Shown in pieces: positions 11,575-26,744 of a DNA stretch of 64,000 bases (positions are counted from its first letter, which is position 1; the number at the start of each line of letters is the position of its first letter). This DNA comes from Eledone cirrhosa (Eukaryota). Location: NCBI GenBank assembly GCA_964016885.1, contig OZ024740.1:105772001-105836000 (forward strand), in the 5' to 3' direction. The notes beneath the pieces were generated by a model. That model was not told the origin of the DNA. It was given only the letters and a program-made list of their open reading frames with translations, and did not search any database. A program made the translations under genes and the position numbers.

Positions 11575-12127
11575 CATCCATTCATACATACATACAATTA
11601 TGGCTGCAAACTCTGCTAAGAGTATTGTAATCGCTTGTAAGATTACAGAAAATGGTGCACTCTTAGGCTACGGCCAGCCACACGAACCTGTAACATATCC
11701 TGAACAAGCAATGTCTGTGCTTTGAAGGGTTTTTTTTAAGTGGGGAAAGGCCTTGCACTCGACCAATTCCACTCTCTGAACATCGAAAACACTACCCGAA
11801 AAGGAGAACTGGTCAACATCTTCGGATGCTTCCGAAGCCGCAGGTTTCTTTTTTCAGAGTTTCCCTCTCCTAGAAAGATGTTGTGCCAAGAACTAGAGGC
11901 CTTTCACTCCCAGGTGAAAATAAAAGAAAAAGTACTATTTGGATGGCCGTTGACTCTGCTGAGGTCCTCCGCCCTACGCCGGGTCTTGTATTTCATCCCG
12001 CAGGGTGTCCAAATATCACCCTCCTCACCAAGCAACTTGTTGGGGTTGCCGGTTTAGTCGCCGACGACCATGCAACAGGTTGTACTGGGTTACATGTTAC
12101 CAGTAGCACTCAAGAGTGACCCGACAT
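11575..12127 (-). mobile_element. Non-autonomous bipartite RTE derivative (5' region + 3' end with (ATGT)n tail)
   Basis: 5' part homologous to 30220-30520 and 62850-62942; ends gcagccat..tgtatgtatg. Confidence 0.6.
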
Positions 12128-12134
12128 ATGCTTT

Positions 12135-12259
12135 CATACATACATACATACATACATACATACATACATACATACATACATACATACATACATGATGGCT
12201 GCCCCCTCGTTATCGAGTATGGCCATTGCACGAGGAGAAAAATAAAAAAAAATAAATAA

Positions 12260-12302
<43 letters not shown>

Positions 12303-12640
12303 CATACATACACACACACACACACACTCACACACATATACACACACATACATTAATAACAATAATAATAATAATAATAACAACAATAATAATAACGACA
12401 ACAACAATAATAATATACATATACATATATATATACACACACACGCACACACATAAGCATATCTACACACACACACACACACCACACACACGATAGCAAC
12501 TAACAGCGCTGCGATCGAATGTGGCTTTTTAGCCCAGCCAATGATCTAAAATGTCTTGCACAGAGTCGGCAACCAAAACACTTACTGGGAATAGTCGGCT
12601 GTGGTTGGAGTTCGTGTACTTTTGCATGTCGCTTGAGCGT
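12135..12640 (-). mobile_element. RTE-like 3' end: C-terminal C2H2 finger and 3'UTR with (ATGT)n tail, split by microsatellites
   Basis: CRLCARHFRSLAGLKSHIR at 12500-12640; 3'UTR tggccatactcgataacgag..gcagccatcatgtatgt also seen at 29895-29941. Confidence 0.65.
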
Positions 12641-12749
12641 ACATACATACATACATACATACATACATACATACATACATACATACATACATACAATATA
12701 GAGTGTATACAGAATGTTTATATTTACGCGGTTAGTTTCAATGCCATTT

Positions 12750-15469
12750 CAACTTGGAACTCGCTCGGCTCAGGCGGCTCCGGAAGATCCCACTCAGGAT
12801 CCTGAGAGCGGCACGGGTGCCGGTAGCCGATGCCCTCGCTTCCTCGATTGAGAGCGCCCTGGACTCCAATCGAGCCAGTGACTGGGAGCGGCTGTTCTAT
12901 TTCGCCCCACTCGCCCTCGGCCTCCCCAGCTCTGGCGCTGACCGGGGTGGCCGGTCAAAAGCAGCCTTCATCAAGGCGAATGGCTCGTCATTTGGGTGAG
13001 CGCCCATTCCAAGCGTGCCCAGGGACGCCACACACCCCACCCTCAGGTACCCCCTATCCTCTATCCCCGAGGCCAAAGCCAAGCGTTTTCGTGACCAGGT
13101 AAACGCAAAGCTTATCATGGGTGATGTCTCGGCCGCAGTCAGAGTTGTTGCCTCAGAAGACACTGTCCTCCAACCCACCGAGGAGATCCTGGCTGCTCTG
13201 CGGCTCAAACACCCTGAGCCACCCACTGATCTCAGACCCATACCCCCACCCGACCCCCACCTGCTCCTTGTGGCTACTGATGCAGATATCATGTCCTCCA
13301 TCAGGTCCTTCCCAGCTAGCAGCTGCGGAGGTGTTGATGGTCTCCGACCAGGCCACCTCAAGCAGTTGACATCCCCCCTATCCGCTGAGGCCGGGCGCCG
13401 CCTTCTGAGTGCAATTGTGGCGCTCACCAATAGGCTCATTCATGGTGTCATCCACCCCTACGCCCGAGGCCTCTTTTTTTCGGCTAGCCTCACCACTCTC
13501 AGGAAGAATGAGGGTGGCATACGCCCCATTGCTGTGGGCAATATCTTCCAGAGGCTGGCTGCCAAGGTGATCTGCAAGTCTGTCACACACGAACTGGGTG
13601 AGGAGTTTAGTCCGGTGCAACTGGCTGTCGGCGTGTCCGGTGGCTGTGAGGGAGCCTATCATGCAATCAGGCAGTTCTTCAGCAGCTGCCCATCGGTACC
13701 GGCATCCAGGGACTCCAGGCACCTCATTGTCAAGCTTGACATGAGGAATGCCTTTAACTCATTACGCCGGGATCATCTGCTCGAGGCCTGCCTCAGCCGA
13801 GCCCCCTCAGCCTACCCGCTGGCCTACCTGTCATATGGAGCCTCGAGCTTGCTCCTTTCTGCTGATACGGTCATACCCTCACATACTGGGGTCCAACAGG
13901 GCGACCCATTGGGACACCTCCTGTTCGCCCTTGGTATTGACCACATCGCCCGGAGTATCACGGCCCCTCTCAACGTTTAGTATCTGGATGGTGCTACGTT
14001 GGGCGGGCCCGTACGGACGGTCTGCCAAGACCTTCAATCGGTGATTGCTGCCCTGGCGGGAATAGGCCTCCGGGTCAACTCGGCCAAGTCGGAGGTGGTG
14101 AACGTCAGCCTCGATGCTGCGAGCTTTGCAGCCTCTGTCTTGGACGTGCGGTCCATTCTCCGCCAGGTTCAGGTGACCCGCAAAGAGGATGTCCTCATCC
14201 TAGGGTCACCGTTCCACCCGCCGGTCATCCGCTCCAACATCAATTCCAGGATTCAACAGTTCCAGACTCTCACGAGCGGACTGGGCTTGATTGACGGCCA
14301 CCCAGCTCTCTTTCTGCTGAGAAACTGCTTCGCCATGCCGAAGCTCCTCTATACACCCCGCAGCGCTCCATGCTACACTAGACATCTCTCCTCGCTGACC
14401 TCGATACTTGTATCCGAGCAGCAGCCGAGGGGGATATGCAACGTCAAGTTTGACGACATAAGGTGGCAACAGGCCACTTTACCGGTCCCCGATCTCACTA
14501 GCTTTGCCGGCGTATCTTTCGTCGGTAACCTCGTGCCGCGTCCTCGTCAGCAGGGTTTTTCAAAACACAACAGAACCCCCTGTGTTCAGAGAACGTGAGG
14601 CCGCCTGTGAGACGTGGGACTGGCTGGGACTTAGCCCAGTAGACGTCCCTCCTCCTTCTCCCCCTGTTGACGTCAAGTCCTCCCAACGCACTTGGGATGC
14701 CATCCAGTGCAGACTGGCCTCAGACAGGCTCACGCGCCAGCTCGACTAGCACCGCCTAGCTTGTTTTCGTGCGGCCTCCAAACCCCACAGTGATACCTCG
14801 CTCCATGCTCTGCCCTCCTTCTCCACTGGCACGCAGCTAGACAACCATAGCCTGCGAATCGGCGTCTGCCTGAGACTCGGCCTCCGGATCTGCCAGACAC
14901 ACCAATGTCGCTGCGGTTCCACTGTGGACTCTTTCGGCCTCCACCCGCTTTCCTGTCACCACAGTGCCGGCCGCATTCCACGCCATGCTGCCCTCAACGA
15001 AGTCATTAAGCATGTCTTGGACGCTGCAGGCTTCCCTTCCCAGCTCGAGCCGGTGGGGCTGGATCTAGGGGACGGCAAAAGGCCAGATGGCATGACCATC
15101 TTCCCGTTCCGCGATGACAAACCCCTCGTCTGGGATGCCACTTGCACCGACACTTTCCTGCGCCGCAACCTGGTGCAGTATGCGACTGACCCAGGTTCTG
15201 CTGCACGCCGGGCTGAGGGGGCCAAACTCTTCAAATACCGGTCGCTCTCCGACAGGTTTGCGGTCGTTCCCCTGGCAGTGGAAACTTCTGGTGTCCTCGG
15301 CTCCAGGGCTACCTCCTTACTCACCAGTAAGCTGGCCAGCTGCAGATGTGAGCCCCGCGAGTTGGTGTGGCTTTTCCAGTGCGTCTCCCTTGCCGTCCTC
15401 CGGGGAAACGCCTTCTCCATTCTGTCCGCCGGGGCTGTGGGTGGGCCCCATCGTGTACCAATACATTAG
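12750..15469 (+). mobile_element. CRE-like non-LTR retrotransposon (RT + restriction-like endonuclease), disrupted
   Basis: GG.DGLRP.HL, GGIRPIAVG, KLDMRNAFNS, GVQQGDPLG.LLF, YLD; C-terminal H.LSC..GRIPRH..LN and KRPDG..LVWDATC.DT..K..KY..PLAVETSG; GC-rich; stops and frameshifts. Confidence 0.85.
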
Positions 15470-15899
15470 TTAAATACCATTCTTTCATCTTTAATGAATA
15501 TATTAGTAATGTTCGGTTGCATTTTCTATTAACACAAGCAAAATTGATTTTAAATTGAAATATACTGAAATAATAAACTGTCTTTAACTGGGTTTAGATT
15601 TATCTTAATATCTCTTTGCGTATGATATTTTTGAAGCCCAACAAATATCGCACTCATGTTTGCGAGCAAGAAAATGAAACTATTAAAATGTGAAATATAC
15701 GCTAACATTAATCTTCTTCCAAGAAATATTGGGAGGATGTCCTGCTTAACACAAAAACAAAATGAAAAACATAGATCAGTTAAAATAATGATAATGAAAT
15801 TATTGAGTAAAGTGCTCAGGTGCACTACAACTCGTCAAAGGTGCATATATAGTACATAGAATAATATACAAATGTCAGAGAAGTGAGTAGTGTATGAGT

Positions 15900-17995
15900 C
15901 ATGAAATACACGTGTGTATGTGTATGGAGGGGGAACATTAGGTGTAGAGTTGGCGAATCTCGGGGAGCATGGAGGTTTTAAAGAATGCAGTGTCTCGACA
16001 GCTAACAACTGATACAGGTAGTTTGTTCCATGCTTCAGCAACTCTGAGCGTGAAAAGATGTTTCCGAAAGTCATTCGAACTGTGCTGTTTTCTGACTTTG
16101 TGGGCATGCCCACGTGTGTTAGACACATGGAAATCAAAAAGGTACTCAGAGTTGTTGTTGGCAAGATGGTTAGCAATTTTCTGGGTGTTTACCAAGTCAG
16201 TTACCAGACATCGGAGCTTCAATGTATCCATGCCCAGGGAAGCAAGGCGCTCAGAGTATGGTAGATGCCTGATGGAGGGTATTCGCTTGGTTGCACGTCT
16301 CTGAACAGTATCCAGGCGGTCAATGTTCTGAGCAAGATAGGGGTTCCAGACTGGTGATGCAAATTCTAAGTGTGGCTGCACCATAGCCATGTACAGCCTT
16401 AAATAGATAGCTGGAGAGCAGCTGACAAAGGTCCTGCTGAGTGATGCTAAGACACTCTCGGCCCTCTTGACAATTTTAGAGATTTTCTTCGTCCAACGCA
16501 AATCGCTGCTGACCGCAATGCCCAGGTCACGTTCACAAGAAGACTTTTTGATATTAGTGCTGTGGAGGGACTATGTGGACGCTGGGTTTTTACTCCCAAA
16601 ATGCATGGTGGTGCACTTGTCCAAAGCTAGCTTGAGTTGCCAGTCTGAGATCCATTGTTGCATTGTGTCCAGGTCAGACTGCAAGCAAGATCTATAGTGT
16701 CCTTTTTATCTCAAGGTACACCTTGATGTCATCTTCGTACTTTAGTACTGTGGAATTCTTTAAGTTGACATCTATGTCATTAATATATGCCACAAACAAA
16801 AGGGGGCCAAGAACAGATCCCTGTGGTACACCAGATGACATCTTATATGGTGAGGAATGCTGTCCCAGAACCGTGACTACCTCTCTTCGACTGAGAATGA
16901 AGGACTTCAACCAGTTAAAAAGATCATCCTTCACACCCATTGCAGAGAGTTTTGCCATAAGCCTTTTGTGTGGCACAGAATTGAAAGCTTTCGCAAAGTC
17001 AAGGTAAACAACATCCACTCATGAGCTACCATCAGTGATCCGGGTGATGTCTTCAAGAAACTCGATAAGTTGATCACAGCAGCTGGAGTTGGGGATAAAT
17101 CCAAATTGCGAGGGCCGGATAAGACTGTGAGAGTTCCAGAAGTTCCAAAGTGTTTTTCTGACACAGGATTCCATCAGTTTGGCAATGCAACTAGTAAGAC
17201 TGACTGGACGATAGTTCACAGGTGATGTGCGGTCACACCTTTTGAACAGAGGAATCACACTGGCAGTTTTCCACTGTTCTGGAGTAGCACCGTTGTTCAG
17301 ACAGAATTGAAAGAAGCGTGATAACTGGTGGTGCAGAAGGAGGTACCCACCACGTTTAAGAAGCAGGTACGTAACACCATCAAGACCAGGAGAGGCATGG
17401 TTGCGTTTATTTTTTAGATGACGTCGCAGCATTGCAGGTGTAAATTCCATGGTTGTAATAGAATCCGGTGTCATAGGTGGTGGAGATAGTACACTCTTGT
17501 CTTCAATAGTGAAAATGCCTGCATAGCATTCAGCAATGAGCTCTGCGCATTCCTTGGGGTCGTCAGTAACCTGGCTTGTGTGGGGATTGTGAAGAGGACC
17601 AACTGGAGTGTGAGGCCTCTGCTTTGAGTGAACATACTTCCAGAACACCTTACTGTCAGAGCTGGTTGCTATGCGCTGCTCAAATTGAAGCACTGCCTTT
17701 TTTGTCACCTGTTTGAGGTGGTTGAACGATCTATTTCGCCTCTTCCTATTAATGTCTGATTTGTGCAGTGTGTACTCACGTTCAGCATTGCGACGTTCTT
17801 TTCTGGCAAGACGGACTGCTGCAGTCTCCCAAATTGCACTTTGGGGATGTTTTTTCCGCTTACGTGGCACCGATGCTGCACATGCTGTCCATATTGAGCT
17901 CAGGATGTTCTGGAGTACAGTGTTGACATCTCCAGAGTCGTAGAACTCAAGCCAGTTTGGACTTTGCAATGTGTCTTTGTACCTTAACCTGGCAG
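15900..17995 (-). pseudogene. CR1/L2-group LINE ORF2 RT fragment
   Basis: SPGLDG, PLFKR.D..NYRPVSLTS, LDFAKAFNSVPH, SGVPQGSVLGPLLF, YEDDIK, QRRATK, TRGH..F..RV..WNKLP. Confidence 0.9.
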
Positions 17996-18107
17996 CGCCC
18001 ATCCCTCTTTAGATTTCACCACAGCCAGAGCGAGAAAAAGTGAAAGCGAAAAAGAGAGGGGTAGATAGTGATTGGGGGGATGAGAGAGAGGGGGAAGAAA
18101 TAAAAGA

Positions 18108-18119
18108 GAGTGAGAGAGA

Positions 18120-18205
<86 letters not shown>
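18108..18205. repeat. (GA)n microsatellite
   Basis: Direct reading. Confidence 0.95.
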
Positions 18206-18209
<4 letters not shown>

Positions 18210-18569
18210 AAGAAATGACTCCTGTACTGAAATACTGAAATAATTAAAAGCAATGTTGTCTTCGGTGGTGATTGAGCACCGAAATCCGAGATGAATACCG
18301 CAAAGTATTCTATCTGACGCCCAAACGACTCCGTACATTCGTCGCCTTATACGGTACATGCGTACTTAAAACAAAAGTACACAGTCTATAGAGGAATAAA
18401 TCACACAAAAAGCCTGGCATTGAGAACTAACAAATTCTCACCCTGTAGCTTCTGCACAAAAACCAGAAATTATCATTTGACGGCAAAACTAGATATACAA
18501 AACCAAACCTGAAGACATTAACCTCATTATTACTAAGTGAATATTGCCTTCCCATAATGCATGGTATGA

Positions 18570-18850
18570 AGGTGCATAGTCTAATGGTGGTAAGTACGTT
18601 AGACTTACAATCATAACGTCGTGGGATCAATTCCTTGACGGGCGTTTATTGTATTCTTGAGCAAAACACTTCACTTCACATTGTTCCAGTATACTCCTCT
18701 GAAAATGAATACCAGCAATAACCGGAGGTTTAACCTTGCGATGGACAGGCGTCCTGTCCAGCCGGAATTCATGTATTCTGAGTCACTTAACGACATGGAA
18801 ACAGGGATAAGCACCGGCTTGATGAGCCTCCGGGCTCGAGACAAACTTTA
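18570..18850 (+). mobile_element. tRNA-derived SINE with conserved central domain
   Basis: tRNA-like head ggtgcatagtctaatggtggtaag..gggatcaattcc, then cttgagcaaaacactt and ccttgcgatggacaggcgtcctgtccag. Confidence 0.7.
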
Positions 18851-19225
18851 GGCATTTATTAATGCATGGTGTGGCAGCTAAAGATATCTAGAATAGAGTA
18901 TGTTCCCAAAATATATTTTCAGATTTAATAGCATTATTATTAGATCAACTTGATACGCACAAAGCCATCTGCATGAAAGCATGGTTGAATTAAGTTTCTA
19001 TAAGCAAAAGATATTCACAATATCTTGAGCAATAACATTTTTCAAGACCTTATTATTTAAAGTGTCAAACCTTTTACAAAAGATAAGGAAAAGAATAGGA
19101 CTCCCTTTAAAAAAATCCTTTCAATTCAACATTGTCACCGAGCAGGTGGCCAATCAAAATAAACTCTAAATCACTAATTAGGAATGGAAAGACACATAAA
19201 TGAACACATACATACATACATTCAT

Positions 19226-19300
<75 letters not shown>

Positions 19301-19304
<4 letters not shown>

Positions 19305-21544
19305 GGTGTTAAAGTTTGCTTGAAGCATTGTGAAATGTGTAAAATACGTAGTTTAGAAAGCCACAACAATGCAGAGGGAAATCTCGAGGTAGGAAGTGAA
19401 TGATAGATAGGAGAAATAGGAGAAAGTGAAAATTGAGAGAGACAAAGATGAAAACAAAACAAAGGTAGAAGGGTTACCGTAGTGGAGATTTAATCCCAAT
19501 ATTTCGGGCTCACGCCCATCAACGGGAGAAAGTTCCAAAAGGGGGGGGGGGAACAGGCTAAGCGGAGAAAGTTGTGATGTCGTTAAAACAGGAATGCCGT
19601 TATGGGGAGAAAATGATTTAAAATTTAAATGAGGGAAAGAATGCGCGTGCGCGTGATAGGCTGTGGCAAAAGCTACTGACCAAATGGGTTAAATCAAGAG
19701 GGTGCGCTAGCGTGTGAAAGCCGTAAAATATGTGTGTGTAAATATATATGTGTGTGTAACTGTGTGTGTATATGTGTAAGTGTGTATATGTGTGAGTGTG
19801 TGTGTGTGTGTGAAAGATAGTGGGCTGTAGAAGCTGGAAATCAAAGGGTGTGAAAGGTGGTAGGTTGTAAAATATGTGTCCGTGTATAAATATAGATGTG
19901 TGTGTGTAAGCGTATGGGTATACATGTGTGTGTAACTGTGTGTGTATATGTGTGAGTGCGTGTGTGTGTGAAAGATAGTGGGCTGTAGAAGCTGGAAATC
20001 AAAGGGTGTGAAAGGTGGTAGGTTGTAAAAACATGTGTGCGTGTATAAATATAGATGTGTGTGTGTATGCGTATGGGCATGCATATACGTGCGTGTGTGT
20101 GAAAATAGCAAGCCGTAAGGGCTGTGAATGGTCACTATGATTAAGTTAGCCATGTCAGCTCATTTCTCTCAGCCCGGTTGTTAAGTGGGGGTCTGAGGTT
20201 CTTAATAACAAGTGCTTCCTTTATCCTTAAGGATCCGATGCTGCGTTCAGTCGCTAGGACTGTGACCAAGGGTCTACCCTGTGGGTTTCCGCATTTCAGG
20301 ATGTGTTTACGGAAGGAAGATGCGTTGGTGTTGATATGTTCCTTGATACGAACATGTAGGGGTCGGATGGTGCTACCTATGTAAAACTTGTCACATTTAT
20401 CGCATTGAATCTTATATACGACATAGGTGCGTAGGCAATCTGCCCCCCGTATCGGGCAGTTGCTGAGGGAACACGTCCCATCTGACTCGTCGGGTTTGTT
20501 GGAGAGGCATCTGAGCAGCGAAGGTCCTGTGTGGGCCAAATGTATGTCAAGTCCCTCCGTCCGTATGGCCCTGCGGATGGCGTTCGTGGTATATTCACTC
20601 AGGTGGGGGGTTTTAAAAAAGCACCTGCTTTTATTTGAGTTTCTAGTGGGTGTCTGTCTATTGGGTCTGGGGTCTCTAATTCCGTTAATCAGTCGCTTGG
20701 GATATCCATTAGACCTGAGTGGATTACGGAATTGCGTGGTATGGGTGAGACCACCCATCGGGTCGCTGCATCTGTTAGTGATCCGTGTCAGTTCATTTAG
20801 GACATAGCCTCTCTTAGCGTTGTTGGGGAGGGCTGAGTTGTAATGCACAAATAAGTCCTTGCACGCTGCTTTGCGGTAGAAGGTGGTGTTTATGTCTCCT
20901 TCTTCCGAGATGTTGATACGGAAGTCGAGGAGGGCGAGTGACCCGTCTTCTCCTGGGTGTTCGATGGTGAAATCGACGTGATGGTCAGTATCGTTGAAGA
21001 TTTGGTGAATTTTATTCGCCATCTCCCGGGAAGACGTAAGTATCAGGATGTCATCAACGTATCTGGAGTAGAAGGCGACGGCGTTGGGTTGGCAGGTATT
21101 GAGTGCCTTGCGTTCCAGGTGGTCCATGTACGAGATCGCAAGTATGCCGGACAGACTAGAGTCCATAGGTAGCCCAGAGATTTGTTTGTACGTGTGGCCG
21201 AGGAAATTGAAGAGTGCATTATCCACAACGAAGGAGAGGAGTTGGTGGATGTCCGTGTGTGTGAGTCCGAAGCAGTGTAAGTTAGATGCTCGGACTCGTT
21301 CGGTCAACAGGTCGACGGCTGGGGATGCTGGTACGGAGGTATAAAGGGCGACCACATCAAGACTGAAGGCATAACCGTTGTCCTTTCTGGTGTTGGGCGC
21401 CAGATGGTGTAGTCGCTCCAAGACCTCCTTTGAGCTGCAGACGTGGGCTGGTAGTGTGTGTAGAATGGGTTTCAGTAGTGTGGAGAGCAGCCACGATATT
21501 TTGTAGAGTGGGCCCTCTACGCTAGAGACAATGGGCCTGATTTT
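19301..21544 (-). mobile_element. Penelope/Poseidon-type PLE, 5'-truncated, open RT-GIY-YIG frame (20141-21544)
   Basis: IRPIVS, FSLDVVALYTSVP, YKQISGLPM, YSRYVDD, LALLD, YRK, VVYKIQC..C..YIGST.R.L..RIKEH; second copy at 60200-62281. Confidence 0.92.
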
Positions 21545-21879
21545 GAGACACATCTGATGGAAACGCTCCAATTGCTTGAGGTGGTGTCGATATGTGACCC
21601 AGGTCTCGCAGGCATAAAGAAGACAAGAGAGCACACATGCCTTGTACACCTTTAACTTTGTCCTCCTGTATATGTCTCGCCGACCCCAGAGTCGCCTGTC
21701 TAACTTTCCGAAAGCATCACTTGCTTTCCTAATCCTAAGTGAGATTTCACTGTCAATGTTGCTGTATCGATTGACAGTGCTTCCCAGGTAGACAAACTGA
21801 TCAACCACTCCAAGTCGTTTGCCATACACATAGATGTTTGGTTCAGTGTACTGCTTACCAGGGGCAGGTTGGTACATGA

Positions 21880-21881
<2 letters not shown>
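21545..21881 (-). pseudogene. RTE RT C-terminal fragment fused in frame to the PLE
   Basis: FVYLGS, RIRKASDAFG.L, TKLKVY...VL..LLYACETW, LERFHQMCL. Confidence 0.85.
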
Positions 21882-21953
<72 letters not shown>

Positions 21954-22034
21954 GCATATGTACATACATGCATAAATACATTCACATACATACATAAATA
22001 CATACATAAATACATACATACATACATACATAAT

Positions 22035-22430
22035 ATGAAAGAGTACTGGTGGAATGTTCCAGTAAAAACCCCAATAAAATGCAGGTATAACAGACTAGAT
22101 ATTATGATATGGGACAGGGAAACGAAAGCATTCACAGTAGTGGAAGTTAGCTGCCCAACAGATGCCAATATAATATCAAAGATTAGCGAAAAGGAGAATA
22201 TTTATACAGAACTGATGAGAAATCTGCTGATACTCCACCCTGATTACACCTTCAGTTTTATGCCTGTGATTATTGGGGCACTGGGATATGTTAGTAACTG
22301 CCTCAATACAAATCTTGAAAAGCTAGGCTTCACAGGAACAGAAAGAATACGACTAATTAGGAAATTACAAGTGCAATCCATTAATGGAACAGTAAAAATA
22401 TGTAAAACATTCCCAAGATTTTGCATCTAA
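22035..22430 (+). pseudogene. RLE endonuclease C-terminus of an R4/Dong-like non-LTR element
   Basis: WWNVPV.T...NRLDI...VEVSCP...EKENIY..L...PVIIGALG; preceded by (TACA)n. Confidence 0.75.
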
Positions 22431-22896
22431 TAACAGCATATACACATGTACAGATACTAAGCATATACACATGCACACATATAACTCAAAACATCCACAT
22501 CCACACATACAATAACATCCAATGCATGCATGCATGCAGAAACTATGTAAAACATTCCGAAAATTCCTCATCTATTAACTGCATATATACTTGTACAGGT
22601 ACAAAGCATATGCACATGCAGACATATAACTCAAAGCACACACATTCACACATACAATAACATCCATACTTGCACACACATGCATGCATGCAGGCATACA
22701 TACAAATCTACGTAGTTGATGTTGTGTAAATTCCTATCAGAGAGTCTTGTGTCTATGTTAGAAACCGACTCTCTCTCTATTGGTAAAAATTTGTAAAATT
22801 ATAAAACCAGTCGAACATACATACATACATATTACATACATAATATATACATGTATACATTCATTCATACGTACACACATACTTATATATATATAC

Positions 22897-22959
<63 letters not shown>

Positions 22960-23258
22960 CATGTATACATTCATGCATACAAAATACAAACATACATACA
23001 TATAAACATGCATACATGCATACATACAAAATACATACATACATACATACATACATACATACATACATACATACATACATACATACATAGATGCGTATAC
23101 ATACATACCATAAAAGTTGGTTTATTTGTAATCTACTAGAAATTATTTTCTGCTGATAGCTTTATAGTCACTTTTTCTGCACAATACTTAAACACCAATG
23201 AGAGCACACTGTAGGAGAAGTAGAAACATGGTGACGAATCGAGCATATATATATATTT

Positions 23259-23306
<48 letters not shown>

Positions 23307-23313
<7 letters not shown>

Positions 23314-23688
23314 CGTAGTTTAGAAAGCCACAACAATGCAGAGGGAAATCTGATGTCGTTAAAACAGGAATGCCGTTATAATAACATTTTAATAACGGCA
23401 TTCCTGTTTTAACGACATCACAACTTTCTCCGCTTAGCCTGTTCCCCCCCTTTTGGAACTTTCCCCCGTTGATGGGCGTGAGCCCGAAATATTGGGATTA
23501 AATCTCCACTACGGTAACCCTTCTACCTTTGTTTTGTTTTCATCTTTGTCTCTCTCAATTTTCACTTTCTCCTATTTCTCCTATCTATCATTCACTTCCT
23601 ACCTCGAGATTTCCCTCTGCATTGTTGTGGCTTTCTAAACTACGTATTTTACACATTTCACAATGCCTCAAGCAAACTTTAACACCCT

Positions 23689-23690
<2 letters not shown>
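23307..23690 (+). mobile_element. Solo 3' terminus of the 19301 PLE family with an internally deleted inverted copy upstream
   Basis: 23392-23690 is the reverse complement of 19301-19603; 23351-23379 pairs with 23392-23420; 23307-23350 is the inverse of 23607-23650. Confidence 0.85.
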
Positions 23691-26272
<2,582 letters not shown>

Positions 26273-26351
26273 GTATATATATATATATATGTATATATAT
26301 GTATATATATATATATGTATATATATGTATATATATGTATATATAAATATG

Positions 26352-26399
<48 letters not shown>

Positions 26400-26493
26400 T
26401 ATATATAAATATGTATATATATATAAATATATATATAAATATGTATATATAAATATATATATATATATATAAATATGTGTATATATATATGTG

Positions 26494-26546
<53 letters not shown>

Positions 26547-26677
26547 AACCAATTAAATATATATATATTTTTTTTAAATAAGACTCCAGTTACATTTTCG
26601 ATTTCATCTCTTTTTATTTATACTGTCACTCATGTAGGACACCTCGGTTATTTTTCATTTTGTAAAAGAAAACTCAC

Positions 26678-26718
<41 letters not shown>

Positions 26719-26744
26719 ATATACATATATATATTATAAATATC

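Noticed and set aside
12500-12688. C2H2 zinc-finger host gene (also 29970-30045)
   Set aside because: Single finger followed by a stop and a shared 3'UTR/(ATGT)n tail, typical of an RTE C-terminus.
18815-18845. cttgatgagcctccgggctcgagac as a hammerhead
   Set aside because: No GAAA, stem III or stem I; part of the SINE 3' body.
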